Program-made: the position numbers and the translations under genes | The notes under the pieces: model-generated | The model's input: the letters and a program-made list of their open reading frames with translations, nothing else | Told to the model about the DNA's origin: nothing | Databases searched by the model: none | Shown: positions 13,821 to 26,281 of the stretch, piece by piece | Layout of the letters: each line of letters begins with the position of its first letter | How positions within the stretch are numbered: the first letter of the stretch is position 1 | Source: Octopus vulgaris | Lineage: Eukaryota | Length of the DNA stretch: 64,000 nt | Assembly (NCBI GenBank): GCA_951406725.2 | Contig: OX597818.1 | Location: 78,678,001-78,742,000 of the forward strand | Direction: 5' to 3'

Positions 13821-13953
13821 GTTTGGAATGCCGATGATCGTAAGCTGGCAGATTACATCAATATCCCTGTGAAACAAGCCATTATCCCACAGATGGCTAC
13901 CATGAAATTTGGACAGATTTTCTGTTTTGATGTTCCATTGTCTTCATCAAAAG
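13821..13953 (+). CDS. NUP210: NUP210 exon
   Basis: gataag|GTT...G|gtaaat. VWNADDRKLADYINIPVKQAIIPQ...GQIFCF (compare human [23 protein letters not shown]...GDVLCL). Confidence 0.93.
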
Positions 13954-14074
13954 GTAAATATTATTTGTAAAGCTGTTTGATAATTTCCATGTTCAGTTTT
14001 TTATTTTTAAAGACTTGTTGCCAGAACTTGCTTATAAGTTCTGAAAGGGGGATCTCAGACTTTCTTCTTTAAGC

Positions 14075-14260
14075 CATCTAAACATGTTTAACTCTCAGTA
14101 GACACATTTAAACATGTTCAGCCCTGTGTGGACATGTCTAAACATCTCTAGCTCTCTGTGTACACATCTAAACATATTCAGCCCTCTTATGGATGCATCT
14201 ACTTATGTCCAGCTCTGTATGAACACATCTAAACATGTTCAACCCTCTGTAGATATCTAC
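14075..14260. repeat. Degenerate ~30-bp minisatellite, ~6 units
   Basis: Unit approximately CATCTAAACATGTTCAGCCCTGTGTGGACA. One further unit lies near 14355. Confidence 0.75.
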
Positions 14261-14429
14261 TCACTCTCTTTCTCTCTCTCTTTACAAACAAATGCTTACA
14301 TGCATGCACACACACACACACACACACAAAAAGCATGTACTGCCTTCTATAAACATATCTAAACATGTTTAACTCTGTGTTCAGATTCTGTAAAATGACA
14401 TTTACAATGTGTTTATTTACCGTTTTCAG

Positions 14430-14563
14430 GTTTGAAAGGTATGTGGGCCAGTTCAAGTGGTGCCATTACCATTAACCAAGACACTGGTGTGGCTGTTGCC
14501 ACCAACATTGGTAAATCTTACGTCACCTTCAATATGTCATCTGATTTGAATATTGTTACAGAG
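14430..14563 (+). CDS. NUP210: NUP210 exon
   Basis: tttcag|GT...GAG|gtaatg. GLKGMWASSSGAITINQDTGVAVATNIG (compare human GLSGTWSSS...IDPKTGVAVARAVG). Confidence 0.93.
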
Positions 14564-14947
14564 GTAATGAATTCAATTTCTTTATCCTTATTGTCATCAT
14601 TATTATCACCGTTGTCATTGTCAGCATCATCCCTATTATTAATTTCAGTGGATTGGCAGAATCATTAGCATGTCAGAAAACATGCTTGGTGGCATTTCTT
14701 CCAGCTCTTTGCATTCTGAGTTTGAATCCCTTTGAGGTTCACTTTGCTTTCCATCATTTCAGAGTCAGTTAAATAGAGAACCAGTCAATTATTAGGGTCA
14801 TTTTCATCTTTTCAGGGTTGATAAAATAAGTGCTAGTCAAGTGTTGGGGTCAATGTTATCAACTTACCTCTCCCCTCAAAATTGCTGGCCTTTTACCTTA
14901 ATCAGAAACTATTGTTGTTGTTTTTTTTTACATAATTATCGATCCAT

Positions 14948-15430
14948 CATCATCGTCAGCATCGTTTAACGTCCGCTTTCCGTGCTAGCATGGGTTGGAC
15001 GATTTGACTGAGGACTGGCGAACCAGATGGCTGTACCAGATTCCAATCTGATCTGGCAGAGTTTTTACAGCTGGAAGCCCTTCCTAATGCCAACCACTCT
15101 GAGAGTGTAGTGGGTGCTTTTACGTGCCACTGGCACAAGGGCCAGTCAGGTGGTACTGGCAACGGCCATGCTCAAATGGTGCTTTTTATGTGCCACCTGC
15201 ACTGGAGCCAGTCCAGCAGCACTGGCAACAACCTCGCTCGAATGTTTTTTCACACGCCACCAGCACAAGTGCTAGTAAGGCGACACAGGTAATGATCACA
15301 CTCAAATGGTGTGTTTAACGTGCCATCGGCACGGAGGCCAGCTTGTTGCTCTGGTAACGATCTCACTCCTATAGTACTCTTAGCGCTCCACTAGCATGGA
15401 TGGCAGTCATCCAATTTGATTTCGATTTCG
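14948..15430 (-). mobile_element. Retroposon (SINE or short LINE derivative) with (GAT)n tail and long TSD
   Basis: Flanked by a ~23-bp direct repeat TTTTTACATAATTAT(C/T)GATCCAT, with internal ~65-bp degenerate repeats. The same 3' end recurs at ~1168, 2941, 13292, 17725, 31212 and 32600. Confidence 0.7.
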
Positions 15431-16111
15431 TTTTTACATAATTATTGATCCATTATCATTTTTAGAGCCAATCCTTTAGCATTTAGATTACTCTGTCAAA
15501 TGTAATGTTTATTTATTCACATTGTTTTGAATTAATCATGCATTATCTATGAAGTGATTGCTTGTTTTCAGAATGACATTGTAGGGCAGGTGTGAGAGGC
15601 AGGATCTGATTAATCTGAACATGAAACTAGTATGTTTGAACCTGATATGGCCAGTTTAAATGCTAATAGGTTAATCTCGTAGTCATTGCAGGCATGACTA
15701 GTTGGTTAGAAGCTAGCTTCCCAATGCATTGTTTTGGGTTCAGTTCCACTGCATGGCACCTTGGGCAACTGTTGTCTACTATAGCCCTGGACCAACCAAA
15801 ATTCTTGTGAGAGGATTTGGTAGATGGAAACTCAAAGAAGCCTGTTGTGTGTGTGTGTATTCATGTCATTGTGTTTGTTCCACCACCATTTGACAGTCAG
15901 TGTTGGTTTGGTTAGGTCCCCTTAACTTAGCAGTTCAGCAAAAGGAGACTTAAAGAATAAACACCAAGCTTAAAAATATGAGTACTGTGGTGGATTTAAG
16001 TACTGCAGTATGGCTGTAGTCCAATGACTGAAACAAGCAAAAGATGGAAGAAAAACTAATTTCTTCATTAAAACTTACTTCATCATGATATTTTATTTTT
16101 ATTGATTGCAG

Positions 16112-16232
16112 GTAGTGGTTGAAGCCGTTGGTGAAATCTTTCTGGAAAACACTACAGCATTTGTGTCAAATGTTGGTCATCAAAAAGTTTATCTTTTCCC
16201 TGTGAAATTGAGTCATCAGAAAAGCTTCATAG
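16112..16232 (+). CDS. NUP210: NUP210 exon
   Basis: ttgcag|GTA...G|gtaaga. VVVEAVGEIFLENTTAFVSNVGHQKVYLFPVKLSHQKSFI. Phases are consistent with its neighbours. Confidence 0.87.
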
Positions 16233-16282
16233 GTAAGATTTCCTGTTCTCTTGTTTTTCAACTCTTTCAGCTTCATGTAAAA

Positions 16283-16540
16283 CAGTGCCAAAGTGGGCAG
16301 TACTGTCCCCTTGGAAGTGGTGGAAAGATCCAGCAGGTATTGAAGAAAAGTTGGGCAAGTTGGGTGGCTAAAAAGGGGGCAATGGATGTGCAAAAAAAAA
16401 AAAGGTTTTATTTGTGAAATACACTTGTTTTGAATTGACTACAGAAAGTGGTCTATATTTGTGCTGGTGAGTGAGCGGGCTGCTAGGAATGTGGCCTGAG
16501 CAACAAGAGGCAAAAGCCTGAAAAAGTATGGGAACCACTG
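16283..16540. mobile_element. hAT-type MITE
   Basis: Perfect 8-bp TSD ATGTAAAA (16275-16282 and 16541-16548). Ends CAGTG(..)CCAAA / TGGGAACCACTG. Confidence 0.7.
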
Positions 16541-17082
16541 ATGTAAAATGTTGACTAGTACAGAGAGATGTGACAGGGTGATGCTGTAGTAGGATGGTGA
16601 GAGTGGGGTGCTATACTAAGAGAAGTGAGGTTGAGCTAGGATGAAAGAATGAACAGATAGAAAGAGGTGTTACTGGGGGGATGGTTGTAGCAGTTTATCG
16701 ATAGGGAAACCAAGGGGTAAAGGTATTCCTAGTCCATGTGTATCTAGTTGAGGCTCCTCACCCTTTTACCTCTTGTACACTGTACACATCTGCATGCTTT
16801 CTCCTCTAGCATTTCAACAATCTCACTTGACTAGTGTTTCATTCTACCAACATTTTAAATATAGCAGCCCTGAGGATGAGGACTTAGGAAGAATGCTAAA
16901 GTATTTGGCACGTTGCTTCTAGAGATGTTTGCTAGCATCTGCATCCAAGTAATGAGTTCTTCAACATATCTTTTATAAATAGCTTATTATTTCTCAAAGG
17001 CCTACACATTTTCCTCAATTCCACCTGGTGCATGAGTATGTATACAGCATGTATACAGATGAGTATGTATACAGCATGTATG

Positions 17083-17138
<56 letters not shown>

Positions 17139-17510
17139 CCCTTCTAACTTAGCAGTTCAACAAAAGAACCCAATAGAATAAGTATATGACTTAGAAAACA
17201 TATGTACTGGGCTCAATGTGTTCAGCTAAAATACTTCACGGTGGTGCCCTAACATGGCTGCAGTTCAGTGATTGAAAGAAGTTAAAGATTATGTAGGATG
17301 AAAGATCTGTAAGGATATGCTACAAAGAGATGATGTATGTTGGATGACAAAGTGAGATGGGTTGGTCATCATCACTGTTGGTTGGAGATAGTTGGTGAGA
17401 AATATGAGAAATGGCAAGGATTTGGGTTTCCTGGTTCACTTAGTTTTATTGCTATTTATCTTATTACTTTTGATTTTGTTCTTATTTCTTTTGCATGTTT
17501 ATATTAACAG

Positions 17511-17657
17511 GAGGAAATTGTCCGGCATCCCTAGTGGCAGACAGTCTTGCTAAAGCAATTCTGCCCTTCATTTGTCATGTTGAACTTACCAGTGAGCTTC
17601 AGGATATAACAGCAGAGAATTTATTTACAGTTCTTCCTGATTTTGATGAATATTCTG
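17511..17657 (+). CDS. NUP210: NUP210 exon
   Basis: taacag|GA...G|gtaagt. GNCPASL...PFICHVEL...ENLFTVLPDFDEYSG (compare human GECTP...LISCQ...DVFTVEPQFDTALG). Confidence 0.92.
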
Positions 17658-18491
17658 GTAAGTTTCCTGTTTTATTTTTTATTTATTTCAACTTGTAAAC
17701 ATTTATGCTACATCCATATAAAATCATTGTCATCATAGATCTGCTTTCCATGTTAGCATGAGTTGAATGAGTTCTCTCTCATTGGGTGCTACAATTCACA
17801 GAAACTAAGTGTTTATACTTGTCATTTGGCTGGATATGCTTTTTATTGCCAACCTCTTCACAGTACACAGTGTGCTGGGTGCATTTTCTCATGGCACTGA
17901 AAGATACTGAAACAGTTCTTTGGCAAGATTGGACTAGCAGGACCTTACAACCCTGCACTTTCTCTACTCTTTTAACCAACCACTTTACAGTATGAGCACT
18001 AGATGGTGGAGTCTCTATGCAGTAAATGTAAATTTGGAAAAGGAACAATGTGGTAACTCTTTATTAATCATTTTATTATATGAATGACTAATAAAAAGAA
18101 TCAGTTTGTACTGCTGTCACAGAAGTTATATACTGACTTTCAACATATTTTTTACTTGGCAACACATTAATCTTTTAGCATTTGTATTACTCTGTCAAGT
18201 GTAATGTTTATTTAATTACATTGTTTTGAATTAACCTCACATTACCTTGTAGCTTTGAGATATCGATGATGTAGTTGTCTATTTTAAGAATGATATTGCA
18301 AGGTAGGTGTGAAAGTCCAGATCTGACCAGTTTGAGCATGAAACAGGTAGAACATTTTGGTTGGATATGGCTGATTTAAACACTAAAGAGTTAAAGATAG
18401 GCTATTGAAAATATTTCTATTTTATGTGTTTACATGTATGTGTGTATTGTGTGTCTTCAAACCCCTTTTTTATATTTTCGTTTCTTTGTAG

Positions 18492-18742
18492 GCAATTTTG
18501 TATGTAAATTGACAGTGGAGAGTAAAAATCTGGGACTGTCTTTAACGACACTAATGAGTAATGTCATTGTCCATGTGACCATTCCAAGTGAGGAGAACCA
18601 ACCTGTTGTATCTGCACACTCAGAGACATTACCTTTCTATCCAGGATTTCATATCCATTCTCTTGAACTCTATCTTTCTACTACTAATCCCCAATCAACT
18701 CTAAGACTCTCAACTATATCAGCTCTATTTGAACACATTTTA
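18492..18742 (+). CDS. NUP210: NUP210 exon
   Basis: ttgtag|GC...TTA|gtaagt. NFVCKLTVE...ETLPFYPGFHIHSLELYLSTTNP (compare human QYFCSIT...EVPFSPGLFADQAEILLS). Confidence 0.92.
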
Positions 18743-19132
18743 GTAAGTTATTTCTTTCTTATTACCAAAATTTTGATTTGGTTCTTTTCTCTAAATTTAT
18801 ACTCTTTCAATAGATAGTATTTAAATTCACTCCTTCAGTAAATGCTTTTTACTAAAATGTAATTGTGTACATTAAATGTTGATGATGATGGTGTTACTAT
18901 TTGCTTAGTCTCTGCTTCTTCATCTAACACATTTCATTGACTTTGAGTTTATGGTTTAAGAGTATTTTTACTAATTTCAATGTTTTGTTTCTGTCACTTT
19001 GGGTTGTTTCTACATATAGGCAACTATTTCTTACATAGTGTTTTTCTCATTCTGTAGTCTTAAATAATATATTGGTTGCTTTGAAAGATATACTTGGTGT
19101 TTGTGTGTGTATGTAAATATATATTGTGTGTG

Positions 19133-19180
<48 letters not shown>

Positions 19181-19181
<1 letters not shown>

Positions 19182-19519
19182 GCTGAGACCCCCCTTCGGT
19201 CATGACTGACTGTGGGTTTGCACCTAGAAAGTTACCCTCCCAGTCATTAGTCCGGGCAAGGTTGTTTATGGAAGACCAGCAGTCGCCCATGCATACCGGC
19301 CTCCCCTCTACACTCCACCAGTGTTATCCAAGGGAAAGGCAATGGCCGATACAGCTTGGCACCTGTGACGTTGCCACTCATTTCTACAGCTGAGTGAACT
19401 GGAGCAACATGAAATAAAGTGTGTTGCTCAAGAACACAACATGCAACCCGGTCCGGGATTCGAACTGACAACCTCATGATCGTTAGCTCGACGCTCTAAC
19501 CACTGAGCCATGCACCTTC
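19181..19519 (-). mobile_element. tRNA-derived SINE with CORE-like central segment
   Basis: Minus head GAAGGTGCATGGCTCAGTGGTTAGAGCGTCG...GTTCGAATCCC, then GTGTTCTTGAGCAA. Further copies at ~4918-5490, 34855-35103, 56087-56398 and 59321-59575. Confidence 0.78.
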
Positions 19520-19966
19520 ACATATATATATATATATATGGGGAAGGCATGACTGTGTTTGCTTCCCAACTATATGGTTTCAAATTCAGTTCTACTGCAT
19601 GGCATCTTCAGCAAGTATCTTCTGTTATAGCCCTGGCTAACCAAAGCTTTGTGAGTGAATTTGGTTGACAGAAACTGAGAGAAACCTATTTGTGTGTGTG
19701 CGCTTCCTTATGTGATAGTTGTAAACGACTGTCATTGTCATACATGCAGTCTCATTTATTGCCAATATTTTGCAAAAGCATGTCAGGCTATGGGGAAACA
19801 TTTCCTTGTTTGGAAATAGGTTAAGGTTGGCAGCAGGAAGGGCATTCAGCTGTAGAAAATGTACCTCAATGAATTCTGTCTGACCCATGCAAGAATGAAA
19901 AAGTGGATGTTAGCACAATGATGATGATGATCTTGTAATTAACAATATAAAATCTTTGTTTTAAAG

Positions 19967-20183
19967 GTGACTGCCAGTGACCCGTCCTTTATTGAAGTTT
20001 TACCTCCTCAGCCTGATATAACCACATCTATTATAGTCTACCTTGTCCGTCTACGTGATGTCAGCGCAGTATGGGACCGTCTTCGCACTGATCTCTATTT
20101 AGACTTTTCTTGTCCTCTCACTGGCCAACATGTCCACATTCCAGTCTACATTAAACTGACTGACAATAAACAGATTGTTTCAG
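19967..20183 (+). CDS. NUP210: NUP210 exon
   Basis: ttaaag|GTG...G|gtatgt. VTASDPSFIEV...LDFSCPLTGQHVHIPVYIKL (compare human VKSGSPAV...LTFSSPVTNQAIAIPVTV). Confidence 0.93.
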
Positions 20184-20380
20184 GTATGTATTTCTGTTTT
20201 GATGATTTGCATGTTTCTTTTTCTTTTTTGTTATTTGTCTCAGTCATTGGACTGTGGCCATGCTGGGGCACCGCCTCAACCCTTTAGCATTCAGGTTTCT
20301 CTGTCAAATGTAACACTTATTTACATTGATATGAATTAGTCATGCATTACCTTCTAGCTTTAAGATTTCAATTATGTGAT

Positions 20381-20792
20381 TCTTTTACTCTTTTACTTGT
20401 TTCAGTCATTTGACTGTGACCATGCTGGAGCACTTCCTTTAGTCGAGCAAATCGACCCCAGTACTTACTCTTTGTAAGCCTAGTACTTATTTTATCAGTC
20501 TCTTTTGCTGAACTGCTAAGTTACAGGGATGTAAACACACCAGCATCGGTTGTCAAGCGATGTTGTAGGGGACAAACACAGACACACAAACATATTCATA
20601 CACACACACACACACACACACATATATGCGATAGGCTTCTTTCAGTTTCCATCTACCAAATCTATTCACAAGGCTTTGGGCGGCCTGAGGCTATAGTAGA
20701 AGACACTTGCCCAAGGGGGCCATGCAGAGGGATTGAACCCGGAACCATGTGGTTGGTAAGCAAGCTACTTACCGCACAGCCACTCCTGCGCC
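20381..20792 (-). mobile_element. Full-length tRNA-derived SINE with internal (CA/TG)n, nested in a MITE
   Basis: Minus head GGCGCAGGAGTGGCTGTGCGGTAAG...GGTTCAATCC and tail (GTAAAAGA)n. This is the most abundant family in the window (e.g. 10067-10470, 15690-16050, 32830-33190, 33500-33860, 62190-62465). Confidence 0.82.
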
Positions 20793-21057
20793 ACTATCCA
20801 CACTGCCACTATAATATTGTAGGGTAAGTGGAAGAGGCTGGATCTGGCGAGTTTAAAATTAAAACAAGTAGATCATTTTGGCCTGATATGGTCAGTTTCA
20901 ATGCTAAAGGGTTAAAGGATTTAGTTGAACAAATCAGTTTTATATCTGGTTCTTATTCTTATTCTATCAGTCTCTTACCAAACTGTTAAGTTACAGTGAA
21001 GTAAACAAACACCAGTTGTTGAGCATTGGTGAAAGACAAATGTATGTGCGCATGCAT

Positions 21058-21100
<43 letters not shown>

Positions 21101-22648
21101 CCATCTACCAAATTCACTCAGACATTGGTTGGCCCAGAGCTACTGTAGAATACACTTGTACAAGGTACAAGTGGCACTGAATCTGAAACAGCGTAGTTAA
21201 AAAAAAAAATCTTTTTAACCACCCACCCATGCTTGCACAGATTGAAATGTTTTTGTGAGAGGAGCTCTGGTTTAATATCCTCTGTTGATCTCCATCTTCC
21301 ATCCTTCTTATGTAGTGTCACTTATTACCTCCTCCTTCCTGACCCACTCTTATCTTCCTTTACCTTCCTCCTCAAACTAGAATGCGCCGTTGACCATGCC
21401 TCCACCTGTGTTCACCAGTTACCACATTCACCACTATCCCTATCTCTAACCATCTGTCATTCTCCTTTCACACTCTTATGAATTTACCCATCCACCCATA
21501 CATGATCTTCTGACCCTATTCTCTCTTATATTGACTGTCTTTTACATGAAGGATATGTCCTGTCACCTCATCTTGACCATTGTTTTACCTTTTCCAGATG
21601 GGGTTGCCATGTATTTTGTCTCCAGCAAAACACCTGTTTCCGTCCTTCTTTTAAACTTTAGCCTCCCAACACCTGGCATAAAGCTACCTCCATCATAACT
21701 GCACTCCACTCTCCACTCTGTTAAGAGGTTCTTGTTTTGCAAGTTACCAGTGCTTGTGCCATGGATAAAAGTACCCAGAACACTCCGTAAATGATTGTCC
21801 TTAGGAAAGACATTTAGCTGTAGAAATAATGGCAAAGCAGATATTGGAATTTGAGGCAGTCTTCTGGCTCATTGGATCCCATCAAACCAGCCAACTCATG
21901 CCAGCATGAGAGACAGATGTTAAATGACGTTGATGAGGATGTTGCAGACATGACTTTGTGGTTAACAAGTTCATTTTGCAACCACATTCTTTTGGCTTTA
22001 GTCCCACAGTGTGTGATCCCTGGGCAAGTGTCTTATGTAGCACTGAGCTGACTAATGCCTTGTAAGTTGATTTGGTGGACAGAAACTGTAAGAAGTCTGC
22101 TGTATATGTGTGTATGCATGTGTGTGAGAGCATGCAAGAGAATATGCATGAATGTTAATCTCTCACAGCTTCACTTGTCATCATCTGAGTGAAATGGAGA
22201 CCTGATGATATTCCTTCTTCATATAATGACCAATCACTTTGTGCTTCCAAGGTCCTGTTGAATTATATAAGAAAAATCCTTTGCTTGAAAGCCATATCAA
22301 CATTAGTAACAGGAAGAATATCTGGCTATAAATCCTGTGTCAAATAAGTTACCTGTCCAAACCATGTTTGCATGGAAAACTGGACATTAAATGAATAAAC
22401 AAACCTGTTTATTTTCTGTTTCATCACTCACTCGATCTATCAATGTTTCCGTTTCATACAGAAGTAGTGTTATTGTTTAGATTAATTATCAGTGTATATC
22501 TTATAAGTCAAATATTGAATGTTTGAATTTTTAAAAAATAAAAGCCTGAACTAGTTATGTCAATTTTCCAAACATATGTCTTTATTTAAAATAACAAATT
22601 CATTTAATTTAGATATTTTTTATTATTTTTATTTTTTATACATTACAG

Positions 22649-22753
22649 ATTCCAAAAACAAAGACCGATCCTTCACAGAGGTGACAACCAGCCAAACATT
22701 CTGGTTTCTCATTTTACTCTTCATAATTGCATTCTTTTTGATTTTGGCTTTAG
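22649..22753 (+). CDS. NUP210: NUP210 exon encoding the transmembrane helix
   Basis: ttacag|AT...G|gtatga. SKNKDRSFTEVTTSQTFWFLILLFIIAFFLILAL contains the hydrophobic TM. Confidence 0.9.
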
Positions 22754-23984
22754 GTATGATTTTTACCATTATTGTTGTATTCATTTATATTTGTATCTGT
22801 TTTACCTCCATCTGTTTGTAATTGTGAAAGGGTGTGGTATAGTGGTTAGAATATTGGGTTCATGATCATAAGGTTGTAGGTTCAATTCCTGAAGTAAGAA
22901 GTGTATTGTGTTCTTGAGCAAGGCACTGCATTTCATGTGAAATATGTTTTAGCTGCAGCTTGTAATGCTTCTCTCGCCTTCCACCAGCTTTCACATCCTC
23001 AGTGGTTCACTAGAATGAGTGAGGACCAAGAGGGTGAGAATATATACTCATGTGTACAGAGACACCTAAAACAATTACCAAAAGTGTTCCCAGGTCATGC
23101 TCGTTGTGAGTGATGACCATTGATAGAGGGGTTATAGATAACTATTCTGGATGTCTCAATTGATTTCTAAGTAATATCTAATATAGACACAAGGCCACAA
23201 ATGTTTGGGGAGAGGATGTGTAATTGATTAAATTAACTCTATTACATTACTTGGACTTATTTTATCGACTCTCGAAAAAAAAGGCAGAATTGTGTAAGTC
23301 CAGGAAGATTTGAACTTGAAACTTAAAAAAAGAAGAAACTAAATGTCATGTGGTATTTTGTTTACTGCTTTATCAGTTCTGTCATAAAGATAATGAGGCT
23401 GTAGAAGCAGATTGTATTAGAGATAGGAAGATTTACGATGACTAGAGTCATTAATCTGCTGTCTCTTGTTTATATTCTCAGCTGCAAGTTCAATATTTCC
23501 TTTCTGACTGCATGGCTGTGTGGTTAGGAAGCTTGCCTCTCATTCTTCTGTGTTTGGGTTCAGTTTCACTGTGTGACACCTTGGGCAAGTGTCTTCTACT
23601 ATAGCTCTGAATCTACCAAAGCCTAATGAGTATATTTGGTAGTTATGCATGTGTTTATTAATAGATTCATGTGTTGGAACTTATGAGTCATAAATTTATA
23701 TACCAGTGATAATGATCTTTCCTTGGATTGCTCTAGAACAAATTACATATATATATGAAGGCCTTTTTCCAGTTTCTGTTTATCAAATCTACTCACATGG
23801 CTTTGGTCAACCTAGGACTGTAGTTGCAGACACTTGACCAAGATGCTACACAATAGAATAGAACCGAATCTGGAACAATGTGGTGGGGAAGCAAGCTTCT
23901 TAACTGCTCAGCCACGTGAAATTTGTCTGTTCGAAACTATTCTTGAGATGATGACTATAATGTAATGTTCTTTTATATCTTCAG

Positions 23985-24179
23985 CCTACCAAATACGGTA
24001 TGGAGCACAGAGAGTCAGTGACAGGCATGATGTTTTCCTTCAGCACCAATACAAAAACAGTTCTCCGCATTCACCCATTCTAACACCCAAAGAAGTGCAA
24101 AGAAATCGTTATCCGGAAGAGACTCCCCAAAGCATTAGAAATACAAGTCAGCTGTTTCATAGGTCTTTCAATTCTTCAG
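23985..24179 (+). CDS. NUP210: NUP210 exon (cytoplasmic tail)
   Basis: cttcag|CC TAC...G|gtaagt. Open frame AYQIRYGAQRVSDRHDVFLQHQYKNSSPHSPILTPKE..., phase 1/1. Confidence 0.85.
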
Positions 24180-25150
24180 GTAAGTTCTATTATGTCTGAA
24201 ATGCGATGAAATAGTAATTATTAGAATTGCATATAAACTAGAAGGAAGGGATTTTGTTATGGTATCATCTTTGAATTGCATAGAATGACTGGATGAGACA
24301 TTTTGGTACAGTTGTTTTGGTACCATTTATTTGATATCATTAATTCAACACTGACTTATTTGATGTTACATGTTTTAATATTTCTCTCCCTCCGAAGGTG
24401 GTGAGCTGGCAGAATTGTCACTGTGTTGGAAAAATTGCTTAGTGGTATTTCCTCCAACTTAATGTTCTGAATTCAAATTCTGACAAAGTTGACTTTGCCT
24501 TTCATCCTTTCAAGGTTGATAAAATAAGTACCAGTTGAACACTGGGGTCGATGTAATTGACTTACCCCATTCCCTGAAATTGCTGGCCTTGTGCCAAAAT
24601 TTGAAACTAGTATTTCTCTCCCTTTTTCTTCCTTATTTCCTTTCTCTCCCTTTCATTCTATTTATGTGTGCAAGCATATTTCTCTTTGTATTTTAATGTG
24701 GCACCAGCACTAGTATCAATTCTGCTGTGGCGAATAGGTCATGAGTATAGCAATATCTCAATCCTTAGTCATCGCCTTTGCAAGGCTCAGTGTCTTGAGA
24801 TAGGCCTTCAATACTTTGTCCCATATCTTCCTTCGTCTCCCTCTTCCAGTGGATGGAACTTGTGTATACACATACACCACACACACACATACACACATGA
24901 GATAATTTGTTCAGTTTCCATCTACCAAATTCATTCACAAAGTATTGGTAGACCCACATCTATTGTGGAAGACTCTTGCCAATGGTGGAATGCAATGGAA
25001 CTGAACCAAAATCCATATAATTGTGAAACTTATTTCGTAGCCATATACGTATATATATTTGTCTGCATGCACACATATTCATATCTACGTTTATCACTTT
25101 AACAAATTATTAATTTGATGGCATTATATCTATTTCCTTTCTGATTTCAG

Positions 25151-25227
25151 GCAGCCCTTATCACTTCCAGCAGCCTCGTTCAAGACAAAATGTGTTTCAT
25201 CCTACTCTTTGGTCTGTGGAAAATTAA
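25151..25227 (+). CDS. NUP210: NUP210 terminal coding exon
   Basis: tttcag|GC AGC...TAA. GSPYHFQQPRSRQNVFHPTLWSVEN* keeps the gp210 C-terminal LWS motif. Confidence 0.88.
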
Positions 25228-26281
25228 GCTGTAAGAACCATCCATGAGTGTTCAAGACTTTGTCTCAGTGAAACAGATACAAATACTTCCCTCTCTTTCT
25301 CTCTCTCTCCATTCATTGAACCACTCATCAAAATATCATCATCAGTATCATCATCTGGACTGTCTTATCATCCATTTTACATTTATCCATTGCTGCCTGT
25401 TCTCACCATCCACTGCTGTCATTCAGAACAACATGAAGAGAAGGCTTCTCTCTTATTTATTTATTCATTTTACTATTTTTTTTGTACTCTTCACCACTGT
25501 ATTTTTCTCATTTTATTATTTTTTTCTTTCATTCTCAAGGATTCTTATTTCACTACAGAAAGCAAAGCAAAGCAAAGCAAACAGAATTTTCAGATATTAA
25601 AATAACAAATCTTCATCAAAATTACTAAGAACAAATGTTTTTTTTGTTGAAAAATTATTTTCACCATTTTTTTAACGTAAATTTTTGTCCATTGGAGAAA
25701 AAAAAAAAAAAAAAAAACCAAACATTTTAATAGCTTTCAGACCAGTTTTTTTTACCTTTCTTAATTTCATTTTTAAAATTTTACAAACTGAATTTTCATA
25801 TCCTTCCTCCATATAAACTGTTAAGCTTTAAATTAATCTAATCTCATTTTTTTTCAATTTTTTTTTTAAGAAAGAATATTTTAGTTGTCAACCATTAGAG
25901 CAAAACTGTGTTCAATTTTTAACTGTGATAGGAATGTAAAGATATTACTTTCTATTTTTTGTAAAAGCATGTAGTTTATCAAGTTTAAATCTTGCTTAGG
26001 TCAACTTTTAGTTTCATTTTCTCAGGGGTTGATAAAATAAGTACCAGGCAAATGCTGGGGTTTGATGGCAGAGTCATAGAGTATCTGACAAGATGCCTTG
26101 ATGTATTTAGTTATGACTCTTGACATTCTGTGTTCAAATCTTGCTGTGGTTAATTTTTTTCTCTCATTCTTATGGGGTTGATAACAGCCAAATATTTCAG
26201 TTGATTTGATCAACTACTCCCTGTCTCCAGAATGTTTTGCCCTATATCTATGGTAGAAATCATCATCATTATTATTATTAA

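Noticed and set aside
14075-15360. Spaced repeats resembling a CRISPR array
   Set aside because: The context is a eukaryotic intron; the units are degenerate tandem repeats without constant repeat/unique spacer structure, and there are no cas genes.
25696-25717. Genomic A-run as a retrocopy poly(A) tail
   Set aside because: It has no TSD or upstream AATAAA and lies in AT-rich UTR sequence of an intron-containing gene; it could cause internal oligo-dT priming.
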